Below, piece after piece: positions 1 to 9,451 of a DNA stretch of 64,000 nt. This DNA is from Gammaproteobacteria bacterium. Its GTDB lineage: Bacteria; Pseudomonadota; Gammaproteobacteria; SURF-13. Each line of letters starts with the position of its first letter. Positions within the stretch are counted from its first letter, which is position 1. A program made the translations under genes and the position numbers. Below the pieces are notes generated by a model that was not told the DNA's origin, made no database searches, and was given only the letters and a program-made list of their open reading frames with translations. The stretch lies in the NCBI GenBank assembly GCA_016195665.1, contig JACPZD010000001.1, positions 282,848-346,847 of the forward strand. Direction: 5' to 3'.

Positions 1-104
1 TCATGATCGTTGCGCACCAGCCAGCGCGCCAGATTGTAGGCGGACTGCATGTGCGGCATGACCGTGTCTTCAAATCGCGCAAGTTTACTTTTCCACTCCA
101 CCAC
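1..104 (-). CDS. ECF-type sigma-70 factor, N-terminal fragment (runs off the window edge)
   Basis: Manual translation MVEWKSKLARFEDTVMPHMQSAYNLARWLVRNDH resembles ECF sigma region 2 (PHxxxAYNLARWLxRN). GTG start with AAGGA upstream. Confidence 0.7.
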   Translation of the reverse strand, partial: MVEWKSKLARFEDTVMPHMQSAYNLARWLVRNDH

Positions 105-259
105 GTTTCCTTATCTGTATTCTAAGACTGGCTGATCGGCGATTTTATTCCCGCGGCGAATTAATCGCCTTCGCGGGAATATTTTTTGTTGAAAAAGGTT
201 ATACGGGTACACAACATAACCTATTTTCTAGCTTTAACCTAGCCCACATAGAGGAAACT

Positions 260-509
260 ATGAAGATCTCAGATCACGTTTTATTGAGCGCCGCATTTGG
301 CTTCACCCTATCTACTGCCGCCCTTTCGTATCAACCTTGAGATGGCGGATCACATAGCGAGCGCCGATGAGGAATCGACGTTATGAAGCCCACAGATACT
401 GAAAGCGCCAAGACTCTCTTACTGCTGATGGCGCCCAGATTGATGCCAATGAAGAATATCCACTGAACTGCGAAGTCGGGATGGGTCCGGGTGGAGATCA
501 TTTTCACAT
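260..509 (+). pseudogene. 5' part of a decayed gene for a small exported protein, interrupted by the IS
   Basis: RBS GAGGA then ATG at 260 and a signal-like MKISDHVLLSAAFGFTLSTAALS. An early stop follows, then ...ADGAQIDANEEYPLNCEVGMGPGGDHFH up to the left end of the IS. Confidence 0.5.
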
Positions 510-1342
510 GAACCTATCTCAAAATCACGTTATGACCAGAATATCGTATAATTGCCTTCGTGCTACGACTGAGCGACCAACACTGGAATCGTATCTGGGA
601 ACACTTTCCAGAGGAACACATTCCTGCTGGTCGAGCGGGTCGCAAACCCATTCCCGCCCGCCAGGTACTTGAAGCCGTTCTCTGGATTCTCAATACGGGT
701 GCTCAGTGGCACATGCTGCCGCAGTGCTACCCGAATTACAAAACGGTGCATCGCCGTTTTCAACAAGGGTGCCGGAGCGAAGTGCTGCGTGATGTGATGA
801 CCGATCTGGCGAATACGCTGCGGAATGAAGGTGTGCCCGGCGAATCGGAATGCTTTATTGATGCCGCCTTTGCATCGGCCAAGGGCGGTGGTGACGAGAC
901 CGGCCTGACCAAGCGCGGTAAGGGCGTGAAAATCATGGCAATTGTTGACCGTCATGGGCTTCCGTTGGCGGTCAGTACCCACGCCGCGAATCATCACGAA
1001 GTCACGCTGGTGCAGTTGAGCTTTGATTTCTACATGATTGAAGCGAAGCCGGAGAATCTGACCGGTGACCGCGCCTACGATAGCGGCAACTTGGACGACG
1101 AACTGCGGCAAGAGGGCATCGAGATGATCGCACCGCATCGAAAGAATCGGAAAAAAGCCAGGACGCAGGACGGTCGTCGTCTGCGCCGTTACGAGCGGCG
1201 ATGGATGGTCGAGCGATTCTTTGCGTGGATTCAATGGCAACGTCGTCTCCTGGTTCGCTGGGAATATTACGCCGAGAACTTTCTCGGATTCGTTCAATTG
1301 GCAACCATCGGTGTCTTGCTCAGGCAATTTTGAGATAGGTTC
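510..1342 (+). mobile_element. IS5-family insertion sequence (833 bp)
   Basis: Perfect 16-bp terminal inverted repeats GAACCTATCTCAAAAT (510-525) and ATTTTGAGATAGGTTC (1327-1342) enclose a transposase ORF. Confidence 0.9.
560..1333 (+). CDS. IS5-family DDE transposase
   Basis: N-terminal LSDQHW...TGAQWHMLP...TVHRRF domain and DDE motifs FID, GDRAYDS, RWMVERFFAW. Confidence 0.92.
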   Translation: MLRLSDQHWNRIWEHFPEEHIPAGRAGRKPIPARQVLEAVLWILNTGAQWHMLPQCYPNYKTVHRRFQQGCRSEVLRDVMTDLANTLRNEGVPGESECFIDAAFASAKGGGDETGLTKRGKGVKIMAIVDRHGLPLAVSTHAANHHEVTLVQLSFDFYMIEAKPENLTGDRAYDSGNLDDELRQEGIEMIAPHRKNRKKARTQDGRRLRRYERRWMVERFFAWIQWQRRLLVRWEYYAENFLGFVQLATIGVLLRQF

Positions 1343-1517
1343 TAATCATTTTCGCATATAGGTGGGTAATAAAAGAGGGCCCGGATAGCACACCGCTCAG
1401 AGCACCTATACCTTGCCTGCGATGAGTCCCGGTGAACATGTCATCAGCATCAAGGTGGTGGATAAAGGGCATGTGCCGGCTGACCCGGAAAAGACGATCA
1501 AGATTACGGCCAAATAA
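1343..1517 (+). pseudogene. 3' part of the IS-interrupted gene
   Basis: Reads HFRI*VGNKRGPG*HTAQSTYTLPAMSPGEHVISIKVVDKGHVPADPEKTIKITAK* with internal stops, continuing the DHFH segment left of the IS. Confidence 0.5.
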
Positions 1518-1958
1518 GTTTTGGCATGACCAATCTCGTTTATACCTTAGTACAGTTCATCCACAACTTCGGGGCCGCCGCGGTCGTTGACGGCTCCGCC
1601 GCAGCGTGACGGTTGGCGCGTGATAGTGTGTCGGCGCAGCTCAAGTCGGCCGCACTTGTGGCAGTGGGCTGGGGGCACAGATCACGACAGCGGAATTGGT
1701 TTTGGCCTGATCAGCTATTACCTAAAAGGCCATCTTCCAGAAATTGAAGGCGTAGCGTTACCGGCGTTAATTATCAAGGTGTCGTGCGCATTGTTCAGCC
1801 TTGTATTGATAACCAGGTATCTGCTCAACCCTCCGCAAAGGCATTGTCAGAAAACATGGGGCGTGGGGCCCTGGGGCGTGAATCCGACACTCAGCGTCAT
1901 CGCATTGGGTGCTGCAGCGTTTCCGCGTCGGTATCTGTGACTGCACAATGCAGCGAAT

Positions 1959-1989
1959 AAAAAAAACGGACACTCTTGAGTGTCCGTTT
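1959..1989 (-). terminator. Rho-independent terminator of the porin gene
   Basis: Minus-strand hairpin AAACGGACACTC-AA-GAGTGTCCGTTT followed by a T run. Confidence 0.8.
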
Positions 1990-2036
1990 AAGACGCCACT
2001 ATAGCTTAATACGCAGACTATAGTTTAAGGAGAAAA

Positions 2037-3089
2037 TTAGAAGTCGTGATTGATGCCGATGGAGAAGGTCGAGGGATCTTGCCCGGCCACAGCGACCGCC
2101 ACCGCGCCGCTGGAGGCACCGGGGGCGAGGCCGTATTGAGCCCCGCTGTCGTTGCGGGTCTTGGCGTAGAGGGCATAAACCTCGGTGCGCTTGGAGAGTC
2201 TATGCGAGAGTCCGGCGAGGTAGAAGTTGGCGCCGGTATTACTGGCCAAGGCATTGTTACCCGCACGACCATAGGCCAGGCTGACCGTGTTGTCACCGAT
2301 ATTGTGGGCGAGGCTCGCGTACCAGGCATTGCGGTCAAAGGCAGTCGCTGCGCCGCTCTCCGATAATTTTTCATACACCAGGCCGAGCTTGGTCTTCTCT
2401 TGGAAGGTGTAACCAAGGCCGGCCTTGAGGCCTTGGGTGTCGTTCTTGCCGCCGCTTCCTTCACGGTTGTGTTTCTCATACGCCAGGCCGACCGCGAAGG
2501 GGCCGCTGTCATAGGTGCCGCTCAAACTGTAGCGATCCTGGTTCACGCCGCTGACCTCGCCGGCCCGGTATTGGGCCCTGAACTGCAGACCGTCGAACTT
2601 GGGACTCCAGTAGTTGACTGTGTTGGGCTCGCGCTGGAAAAATTTTGTCCCGCCGCCCGTGCTGATGCTGCCGATGATGTTGCGGTAGTCGCCCATGGTG
2701 TCGCTGAACACGGCCATCTTGCCGGTGGACATGCGGTAAGGGCTGTCGTGGATACCGAGGGCAACCGTACCGAAGCCACCGGCTAGGCCGACAAAGCTGT
2801 TGCGTCCACCACCGAACAGCGTGCCGGTTTTCCCAGCGCCGTCATCCATGTTGACGCCGGTCTCCATTTGAAAGATAGCTTTGAGGCCGTTGCCAAGATC
2901 TTCTGTCCCCTTCACGCCCAGACGTGAAATGGCGTCGCTGACTTTGGTGACGTTGCTGGCGCCGGTATCGGTGAAATCCACCGACAACCGCGCCTTGCCA
3001 TAGAGGGTGATATTGTCTGCGGCCTGCGCTCCCACAGGCAATGCGGCCGCGAGGGCGAGGGCGGTTAGTTTTGTGTTGCACAATCTCAT
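2037..3089 (-). CDS. Gram-negative trimeric porin (likely phosphate-starvation induced)
   Basis: Signal peptide, ITLYG, SRLGVKGTEDLGNGLKAIFQME and C-terminal GINHDF. Start moved to ATG 3089, which has an AAGGAG RBS. Confidence 0.9.
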   Translation of the reverse strand: MRLCNTKLTALALAAALPVGAQAADNITLYGKARLSVDFTDTGASNVTKVSDAISRLGVKGTEDLGNGLKAIFQMETGVNMDDGAGKTGTLFGGGRNSFVGLAGGFGTVALGIHDSPYRMSTGKMAVFSDTMGDYRNIIGSISTGGGTKFFQREPNTVNYWSPKFDGLQFRAQYRAGEVSGVNQDRYSLSGTYDSGPFAVGLAYEKHNREGSGGKNDTQGLKAGLGYTFQEKTKLGLVYEKLSESGAATAFDRNAWYASLAHNIGDNTVSLAYGRAGNNALASNTGANFYLAGLSHRLSKRTEVYALYAKTRNDSGAQYGLAPGASSGAVAVAVAGQDPSTFSIGINHDF

Positions 3090-3153
3090 TGATGTTCTCC
3101 TTATCGAGTAGTTTATAAGCTGGCTAAAAGTGCCCATAGCTTGCGGGAGAAAA

Positions 3154-3193
3154 GTTACAGGCATATGAAATAATTGTTACAAAACGGAGACAG
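3154..3193 (-). promoter_or_regulatory. Pho-box-like array upstream of the porin
   Basis: Minus-strand half-sites CTGTCTC, TTGTAAC, ATTTCAT, CTGTAAC at exact 11-bp period (PhoB consensus CTGTCAT). Confidence 0.7.
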
Positions 3194-3226
3194 TGACTCA
3201 TTCCGCGGCATTGGTTGTTGTCGAAA

Positions 3227-3255
3227 ATTTCATTTAGCCGTCATTTATTTGTCAT
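3227..3255 (+). promoter_or_regulatory. Pho-box-like array
   Basis: ATTTCAT (3227), CCGTCAT (3238), TTGTCAT (3249) at 11-bp period, followed by a -10-like CATAGT at 3266. Confidence 0.7.
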
Positions 3256-3277
3256 GAGGAGAGGGCATAGTAACGCT

Positions 3278-3395
3278 GACGTAGCAACCCCTGACCCTCA
3301 CTTTAAGATCAAAAAGGAAGATTAAACGCTTCTAATCATAACGAAGTCTCCGCCCGTTGCACCTTCCAGCCGCGCCTTGAGCGCGGCTTTTTTTT
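3278..3395 (+). ncRNA. Candidate PhoB-regulated small RNA or terminated leader (about 115 nt; 5' end approximate)
   Basis: Lies between a Pho-box promoter and a strong intrinsic terminator. No credible ORF. Confidence 0.45.
3368..3395 (+). terminator. Rho-independent terminator
   Basis: AGCCGCGC-CTTGA-GCGCGGCT followed by a T run. Confidence 0.8.
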
Positions 3396-3428
3396 GATTG
3401 TTTGGATGTCGCGGACCGCCCTGTCAGA

Positions 3429-3468
3429 GTGTCACATTGCCTTATAAAAAACTTCACAAGACCTTCAT
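3429..3468 (+). promoter_or_regulatory. Degenerate Pho-box-like array upstream of the phosphoesterase operon
   Basis: GTGTCAC (3429), CCTTATA (3440), ACTTCAC (3451), CCTTCAT (3462) at 11-bp period. Confidence 0.5.
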
Positions 3469-3565
3469 GAGACGGCCATCTTTCGCAGTTAACCTGCCGC
3501 AGTATTACTCGCCCGGCATTGGGGCGAATCTAATCTACGATACCTATTCCATCACAGGAGGCAAC

Positions 3566-6052
3566 ATGAAACCCAGACTGCTTACGTTAGCGATTTCGCT
3601 CTCGGTGGCGAGCGCAGCCGCCCAGGCCGACGTCACCTTGCAAGGCCGGGCCATACTCCCCGCCGACACCTTTGCGGCAGGCCCGACTTCCGGCGCCCAT
3701 ATCGGCGGCGGCGCCAATGGCCGAGCGGCCCCCTTTATCAACAAGCAGCCGGTGCAGGGCTTTTCCGCCGTGCTGAAAAATAACGACGGCACGTTTTACG
3801 TCATGTCCGACAATGGCTTCGGCAGCCTGGAGAACTCCGCCGATTATAATTTGCGCGTGTATCACATCCGCCCGCAATTCAAGACCAAGGAAGGCGGCTC
3901 GGGTGAGATTCAGGTCATGCACCATTTTGAATTGCGCGATCCTGACCACAAGATTCCGTTCGCCATCACCCACCATTTCAGCAGTGCGCGCGTTCTCACC
4001 GGCTCGGATTTTGATATCGAGTCCATGCAGCGCACGGCGGACGGCACATTCTGGTTTGGCGATGAGTTCGGCCCGTTTTTGATCCACACCGATGCGACCG
4101 GCAAGGTGCTGGAAGCACCGGTTGCCTTACCCGATTATGCTAATGACGTACAGGGACGTACTAATGTCGCGGGAGGCAGGATGCCGGGAGCGACCTCCGG
4201 CAAGGAAATACGCTCGCCGCAAAATCCCTACAATGAGGAATCAAGCGCGGTGCGGGTGATGAACGCGGTGCGCGCGCATGCTCAGGCAAATGGCGCGAAC
4301 AGTGCGGTGGTGTTCTCGCCCTGGCACGTGATGCTGGATGACGCCAACTCCAATACCTTTGTCGACAACCGCAAGACACCGCCTCTGGGCTCCGGTTTAG
4401 CCGCGGCATCGAGTGACATTTTTAATGTGAAATCCATCAAGTCGGCGGGGTACCCCGTGGTCACCTGGACGGTGAATGACAAGCCGCGCATGCTGGAGCT
4501 GATGAAGCTCGGTGTGAACGGCATCATCTCGGACCGTCCCGATGTGCTGATACAGGCCGCTCAGGAATTCGACGCCAACGGCGACGGCGCGCCTGGCGAT
4601 TTCATTGGCGCCGATGGGCTGATTGACATCAGCAAATTCGACGCGCAAGGCCATCGCGGCGGGCGCAACCTGCGCCCGGAGAATACCCTGCCCGCAATGG
4701 AGGCGGCGCTCGATAATCTGATGACCACGCTGGAAACCGATAACGGCGTGAGCCAGGACGGTGTGCCGGTACTCAATCACGACCCGCACATCCAGGCGCA
4801 AAAATGCCGCCGCGCGGATGGCACGGCTTACACGGAGGCCGATGAGGTGCTGGTGAAAGACCTGACGCTGGCCGAAATACAGACCCAATTCATCTGCGAC
4901 AAGGTGTTCCGCGGCCCCGATCAGCAGAACAATCCTGCTCTTTCGCCGGTGGCGGTAGCCTTCGCCGCCTCGCACGGCCTCACGCATCCCTACGTCATGC
5001 CGTCCACACAGCAACTGTTCGATTTTGTGAACACCTATGTGGATTACTATCGCAGCGGTATAGGCAGTGCACACCCCAACGCCGCGAAACGCTGGAAGAA
5101 TGCGCTCAAGGTGCGTTACAACATCGAGACCAAGATCAACCCGCGCGCCGAGTTCGCAGCCCGCACCATCGGGCACGAACCGTTTGCCGCCACGGTCGCG
5201 ACTGTGATCGCCGACAACGGTTTGCAAACCCGTGCCGACATTCAATCGTTCGATTTCCGCACCCTGCTCGACGTGCACAAGACCTATCCCGGCATCCGCA
5301 CGGTGTTTCTGTTCGGCGATTTTCCGATCTACGCCGATTCGGCCATCGCCGGTTCCGATGACGGCACCAACTTGCAGGACGAACACGGCGCCAACACACC
5401 GTGGCTGGCCGGTCTGCAATGGCCGTATCGCGTCACCAAAGACAGCGCGCCGTTCCGCGCGCAACAGAGCGGCGGATTTGAAGGCATGGCGCTGTCCAGC
5501 GACGGGAGCAAACTCTACCCGCTATTGGAACGCCCGCTCGCCGGTGACGACGCCAAGACCTTGCTGATTCACGAGTACGACATCGCCGGCAAGTCCTACA
5601 CCGGTAAGCAACATAAATACCGTCTGGATACGCGCGGCACCAATATCGGCGACTTCATCCTTTATAACAAGGAAGAAGGCCTGGTGATTGAACGCGACGG
5701 CACACAGGGAGACCTCAACGGCTTTAAAAAGCTGTTCAAGATCGAGCTGGAGGATCACGGCGAGTATGTGGAGAAGAAAGAGGCTGCCGACTTGCTGCGC
5801 ATCAAGGATCCGCATCGCATCAGTGAACCGGTGCAGACGGGCGATGTCGGAACCGGCTTTAACTTCGCCTTCCCGTTCGTGACCATCGAGGACGTGGTGG
5901 TGCTCGACAGCAAGACACTCGGTGTACTGAACGATAACAACTATCCGTTCAGCGTGGGTCGCCATGTCGGCACAAGCCAGCCGGATGACAACGAATTCAT
6001 CCTCATCAAGCTGGAGCAGGCCCTGGATAGCAAGGAAAAGGACAAGAAGTAA
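3566..6052 (+). CDS. Secreted esterase-like phytase family protein fused to glycerophosphodiester phosphodiesterase (GDPD)
   Basis: Signal peptide at ATG 3566 (RBS AGGAGG). Phytase-like motifs QGFS, SDNGFG, DIES, DEFGP, GFEGMA, NDNNYP. GDPD motifs GHRGG, PENT, LETD, NIETK, QSFD, WTVN, GIISDRPD. Confidence 0.85.
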   Translation: MKPRLLTLAISLSVASAAAQADVTLQGRAILPADTFAAGPTSGAHIGGGANGRAAPFINKQPVQGFSAVLKNNDGTFYVMSDNGFGSLENSADYNLRVYHIRPQFKTKEGGSGEIQVMHHFELRDPDHKIPFAITHHFSSARVLTGSDFDIESMQRTADGTFWFGDEFGPFLIHTDATGKVLEAPVALPDYANDVQGRTNVAGGRMPGATSGKEIRSPQNPYNEESSAVRVMNAVRAHAQANGANSAVVFSPWHVMLDDANSNTFVDNRKTPPLGSGLAAASSDIFNVKSIKSAGYPVVTWTVNDKPRMLELMKLGVNGIISDRPDVLIQAAQEFDANGDGAPGDFIGADGLIDISKFDAQGHRGGRNLRPENTLPAMEAALDNLMTTLETDNGVSQDGVPVLNHDPHIQAQKCRRADGTAYTEADEVLVKDLTLAEIQTQFICDKVFRGPDQQNNPALSPVAVAFAASHGLTHPYVMPSTQQLFDFVNTYVDYYRSGIGSAHPNAAKRWKNALKVRYNIETKINPRAEFAARTIGHEPFAATVATVIADNGLQTRADIQSFDFRTLLDVHKTYPGIRTVFLFGDFPIYADSAIAGSDDGTNLQDEHGANTPWLAGLQWPYRVTKDSAPFRAQQSGGFEGMALSSDGSKLYPLLERPLAGDDAKTLLIHEYDIAGKSYTGKQHKYRLDTRGTNIGDFILYNKEEGLVIERDGTQGDLNGFKKLFKIELEDHGEYVEKKEAADLLRIKDPHRISEPVQTGDVGTGFNFAFPFVTIEDVVVLDSKTLGVLNDNNYPFSVGRHVGTSQPDDNEFILIKLEQALDSKEKDKK
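4144..4195 (+). repeat. Palindromic repeat element inserted in-frame in a CDS (copy 1)
   Basis: 37 bp (4159-4195) are identical to the reverse complement of 34332-34368, and 13 bp (4144-4156) match 34389-34401. Confidence 0.85.
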
Positions 6053-6164
6053 CGCTGACTAACGGCACGGCCGCGCCGAAGGCGCGGCCGGAGCCCTTCG
6101 ATTTCGCCACTACGAGCGGTCCTTGTGTTGGGCCTGTGGCAGTACCGGACTCAATGGGAGGTTG

Positions 6165-6544
6165 ATGATGATTAAATTGACGATGATTAAACCCGTTTGG
6201 CTGTTTTATCTCTTCTTGGGTGTCATTTATATCCTGGGCGCTGCTTACGTCGCCATCGCTGGTGACATAACTCCGGTCGTAACCCATGGAACCGCGCCGG
6301 AGATGTGACTCCCAGCAGCGGGGTCATTTGGGCGCGAGGAAGCAGTGCGGGATTTATGCACGTGAGCATATCGCGAAATCCTAACGGGCTGGGTTCCGCC
6401 CGGCAGAGTGTGCGCGTTCACAGCACGGACGATTACACCGGCAAGGTATTGTTGAGCGGTCTGGAGGCCGATACGGCGGCTATCCGCGATATCAACGGCA
6501 CAATCAAGTATCAAACCACGCTGGCGCCCGTCATACAGCATTAA
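6165..6544 (+). pseudogene. phoD: PhoD-type alkaline phosphatase remnant (frameshift plus large internal deletion)
   Basis: Joining frames near 6298 gives VTHGTA.GDVTPSSGVIWAR...DYTGKVLLSGLEADT, the PhoD N-terminal signature. It runs straight into a C-terminal-like IRDINGTIKYQTTL, and the catalytic domain is absent. Confidence 0.65.
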
Positions 6545-6575
6545 CCTAAACCACAACTTTTAGAGAGAGGTCATC

Positions 6576-8444
6576 ATGAAGACAAGCATTGTTATCAAAT
6601 CCTGGCTGGTTGCCCTGCTCCTCACCGCAACAACAGGTGCGCAGGCCCTGGACAACATCAACGCCATCGAGGCTCACCAAGAACACCCCGATCTGCACGG
6701 TGATGACGATGATGCCGCACTTCGCGAAATCGCCGCGCAGCGTGTGCACTGGCTGCGTGCGGGACCGATTGCCAACCCGGAGTCGTGGCTGCACGTCAAA
6801 ATCCTCGGCATCAACGACTTCCACGGCCAATTGTCCACCGGACGGCGCGTGGCTAACCGTCCGGTGGGCGGCGCTGCGATACTCGCGTCGTATCTCCATG
6901 CCGCACAACAGGGTGTCAACGACCGCGCCGTGATCGTGCATGCGGGCGATCATGTCGGCGCCTCGCCGCCCGCCTCCGCCTTGCTGCAAGACGAACCCTC
7001 CATTCAGTTTTTGAATTTGCTCGCCAACGAGGATTGTGAGTTCAGCGAGAATGACGATAGACCAGAAAAGGACGACGTGAAAAAGATTCATGAAGAGCAG
7101 CATGAACACGAACGGGATGATTTTGACCCGCGCTGCAATCTGGTGGGCACGCTCGGCAATCACGAGTTCGACGAAGGCGTGACCGAATTGCAGCGCCTGC
7201 TGCACGGCGGCAACCACGTAAATGGCCCGTATCTCGAAGACCCGTATCGCGGCGCCAGCTTTCCGTACGTGTCGGCCAACGTGGTGGACGCGGTAACCGG
7301 CAAACCCATTCTGCCGCCCTACGTCATCAAAAAAGTGCGCGGCATGCCCATCGCCTTCATCGGCGCGGTACTGAAGGAGACGCCGACCATCGTTACTCCG
7401 ACAGGCGTTGCGGGCTTGCGCTTCCTCGATGAGGCGGACAGTATCAACGCCTATATCCCCGAACTGCGCGCGCAGAAGGTACGCGCCATGGTGGTGTTGA
7501 TCCATCAGGGCGGGCGTCAGACCAGCTATCAAGGCCCGACGCTGCCCAACGGCATGGTGAGCGGCGAGATTGTGAACATCGTGTCGCGCCTGGACGATGA
7601 AGTGGACGTGGTGATGTCCGGCCACTCGCATTCCTTCACCAATGCAATTCTTAAGAATAATCGCGGTAAAGACATTCTCGTTACTCAAGCCTTCTCGGCG
7701 AGCACCGCTTATGCGGACATTGATGTGGAGATTGATCCGGCGACCAAGGATATCGTGAAAAAATCCGCCCGGATCGTCACAACCTACGGCGACTCCGGGC
7801 CGGGCCTCACGCCGGACAGCCAAGTCGCCGAGCTGGTCGCCCAGGCCGAGCAAAAGGTCGCCCCGCTCGTCAACCGCGTGATCGGCACGGCACAAGCCGA
7901 CATCACCCGTACCCAAACCAGCGCGGGCGAATCCGCGCTGGGTAATTTAATCGCCGACGCCCAGCGCACCGCGATGCAAACGGACTTCGCCTTCATGAAT
8001 CCGGGCGGCATCCGCGCCGATCTCGATGCCGGACCGGTTACTTGGGGTGAACTATTCACCATACAACCGTTCGGCAATAGCTTGGTCAGGATGGAACTCA
8101 CCGGTCAGCAGATCTACGACCTGCTCAATCAACAATGGCTCAATCAGCCCTTCCCGCGCATCCTGCAAATTTCCGGCCTGACCTATACGTGGGATAACGC
8201 ACGACCCGTCGGCAATCGCATTGTCGAGGTGCGCAGGAACGGCGCGCCGATCAATCTCGTGCAGTACTACAGCGTCACCGCCAACAGCTTCATCGCCGCA
8301 GGCGGCGACAATTTCACCGTCTTTAACCAGGGTCTCACCCGGGTGGGTGGGCCGCTCGATCTCGACGCATTGATTGTCTACATCAGTGCCCTGCCGCAGC
8401 CGTTCAGCGCCACGCTGGAAGGCCGCATCGCGCGAATCAATTAA
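6576..8444 (+). CDS. Secreted bifunctional metallophosphatase / 5'-nucleotidase
   Basis: INDFHG, AGD, GNHEFD, SANV, GHSH, GESALGNLIAD, NPGGIR, QPFGN and GGDNF motifs plus a signal peptide. Confidence 0.92.
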   Translation: MKTSIVIKSWLVALLLTATTGAQALDNINAIEAHQEHPDLHGDDDDAALREIAAQRVHWLRAGPIANPESWLHVKILGINDFHGQLSTGRRVANRPVGGAAILASYLHAAQQGVNDRAVIVHAGDHVGASPPASALLQDEPSIQFLNLLANEDCEFSENDDRPEKDDVKKIHEEQHEHERDDFDPRCNLVGTLGNHEFDEGVTELQRLLHGGNHVNGPYLEDPYRGASFPYVSANVVDAVTGKPILPPYVIKKVRGMPIAFIGAVLKETPTIVTPTGVAGLRFLDEADSINAYIPELRAQKVRAMVVLIHQGGRQTSYQGPTLPNGMVSGEIVNIVSRLDDEVDVVMSGHSHSFTNAILKNNRGKDILVTQAFSASTAYADIDVEIDPATKDIVKKSARIVTTYGDSGPGLTPDSQVAELVAQAEQKVAPLVNRVIGTAQADITRTQTSAGESALGNLIADAQRTAMQTDFAFMNPGGIRADLDAGPVTWGELFTIQPFGNSLVRMELTGQQIYDLLNQQWLNQPFPRILQISGLTYTWDNARPVGNRIVEVRRNGAPINLVQYYSVTANSFIAAGGDNFTVFNQGLTRVGGPLDLDALIVYISALPQPFSATLEGRIARIN

Positions 8445-8469
8445 CCACTCTCTCACACAGGAGCAGATC

Positions 8470-9441
8470 ATGCACAAGCTGATATTTCTTATACTCACCG
8501 CTGTTGCGGCCGTTCAAACGGTATATGCCGACCCCACCGAAAAAGAGGGCCTGAATACACCACGGTTCGCATTCGCCCTGATTGGCGACCTGCCATATAA
8601 CCAGCGTCAACTGCAAACTTTTCCGGACTTTCTGCGCACCCTGGATGCCGAGAAATTGGCCTTTGTGGTGCACGACGGCGATTTCAAAAACGGCAGATCG
8701 CTGTGCGACGACGCCACCTTTTATCAGCGCAAGACCTTGTTTGACGCCTCCGCCCATCCGTTCATTTTTATCCCCGGCGACAATGAATGGACGGATTGCC
8801 ACCGCGCCAACAACGGCGCCTACGATCCGCTGGAGCGCCTCAATAAACTGCGTGAATTGTTTTTTGCAGGCGATTACAGCCTAGGGCAGCGCACCTTGCA
8901 ACTCACCCGCCAGAGCGCCGATCCCCATTATGCCAAATTCCGCGAGAACGTGATGTGGAGCTACGGTGACGCGATCTTCGCCGGATTGAATGTCCCCGGC
9001 AGCAACAACAACCTGGGACGCACCCCGGCGATGGATGCCGAATATCAGGAACGCAACGCCGCCAACCTGGCTTGGCTGAAGCAAGCCTTCAGCACCGCCA
9101 GGCAACACAGCAGCCTGGGCGTGATGATCATCATCCAGGCTGATCCGGGCTTCGAGCTTGCGTCCACCGACCCGCAGCGCACCGGTTATAACGATTTTCT
9201 AAAGGCACTGGAACAAGAAACTCTCGCCTACGGCAAACCGGTGGTGCTGGTACACGGCGACAGCCATTATTTCCGCATAGATAAACCGCTGCTTGACAGC
9301 CGTGCTCAACAGCGCATCGCGCGCTTCACGCGCGTAGAAACCTTTGGCGAAGCGGATACCGGCTGGCTGCGGGTTGAGGTGGATCCCAGGGATGCGAACC
9401 TGTTTGTGTTTAAACCCTATTTACTGGAATCCGGGGAATAG
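8470..9441 (+). CDS. Secreted calcineurin-like metallophosphoesterase
   Basis: GDLPY, HDGD, PGDNEWTDC and VHGDSH motifs. Signal peptide starts at ATG 8470 with an AGGAG RBS. Confidence 0.8.
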   Translation: MHKLIFLILTAVAAVQTVYADPTEKEGLNTPRFAFALIGDLPYNQRQLQTFPDFLRTLDAEKLAFVVHDGDFKNGRSLCDDATFYQRKTLFDASAHPFIFIPGDNEWTDCHRANNGAYDPLERLNKLRELFFAGDYSLGQRTLQLTRQSADPHYAKFRENVMWSYGDAIFAGLNVPGSNNNLGRTPAMDAEYQERNAANLAWLKQAFSTARQHSSLGVMIIIQADPGFELASTDPQRTGYNDFLKALEQETLAYGKPVVLVHGDSHYFRIDKPLLDSRAQQRIARFTRVETFGEADTGWLRVEVDPRDANLFVFKPYLLESGE

Positions 9442-9451
9442 GAGAATTGCA

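Noticed and set aside
1587..1940. 117-aa ORF with hydrophobic patches
   Set aside because: No RBS or recognisable family. It may be a decayed membrane-protein fragment, but this is unsupported.
3398..3565. Longer N-terminus of the 884-aa ORF (similar cases at 34095, 38255, 8374 and 3164)
   Set aside because: Downstream ATGs have signal peptides and mostly clear RBSs, and the extensions overlap promoters or other genes.
4397..7916. Long antisense ORFs (4397-5464, 6546-7916 and similar elsewhere)
   Set aside because: These are shadow ORFs of GC-rich real genes and carry no motifs.
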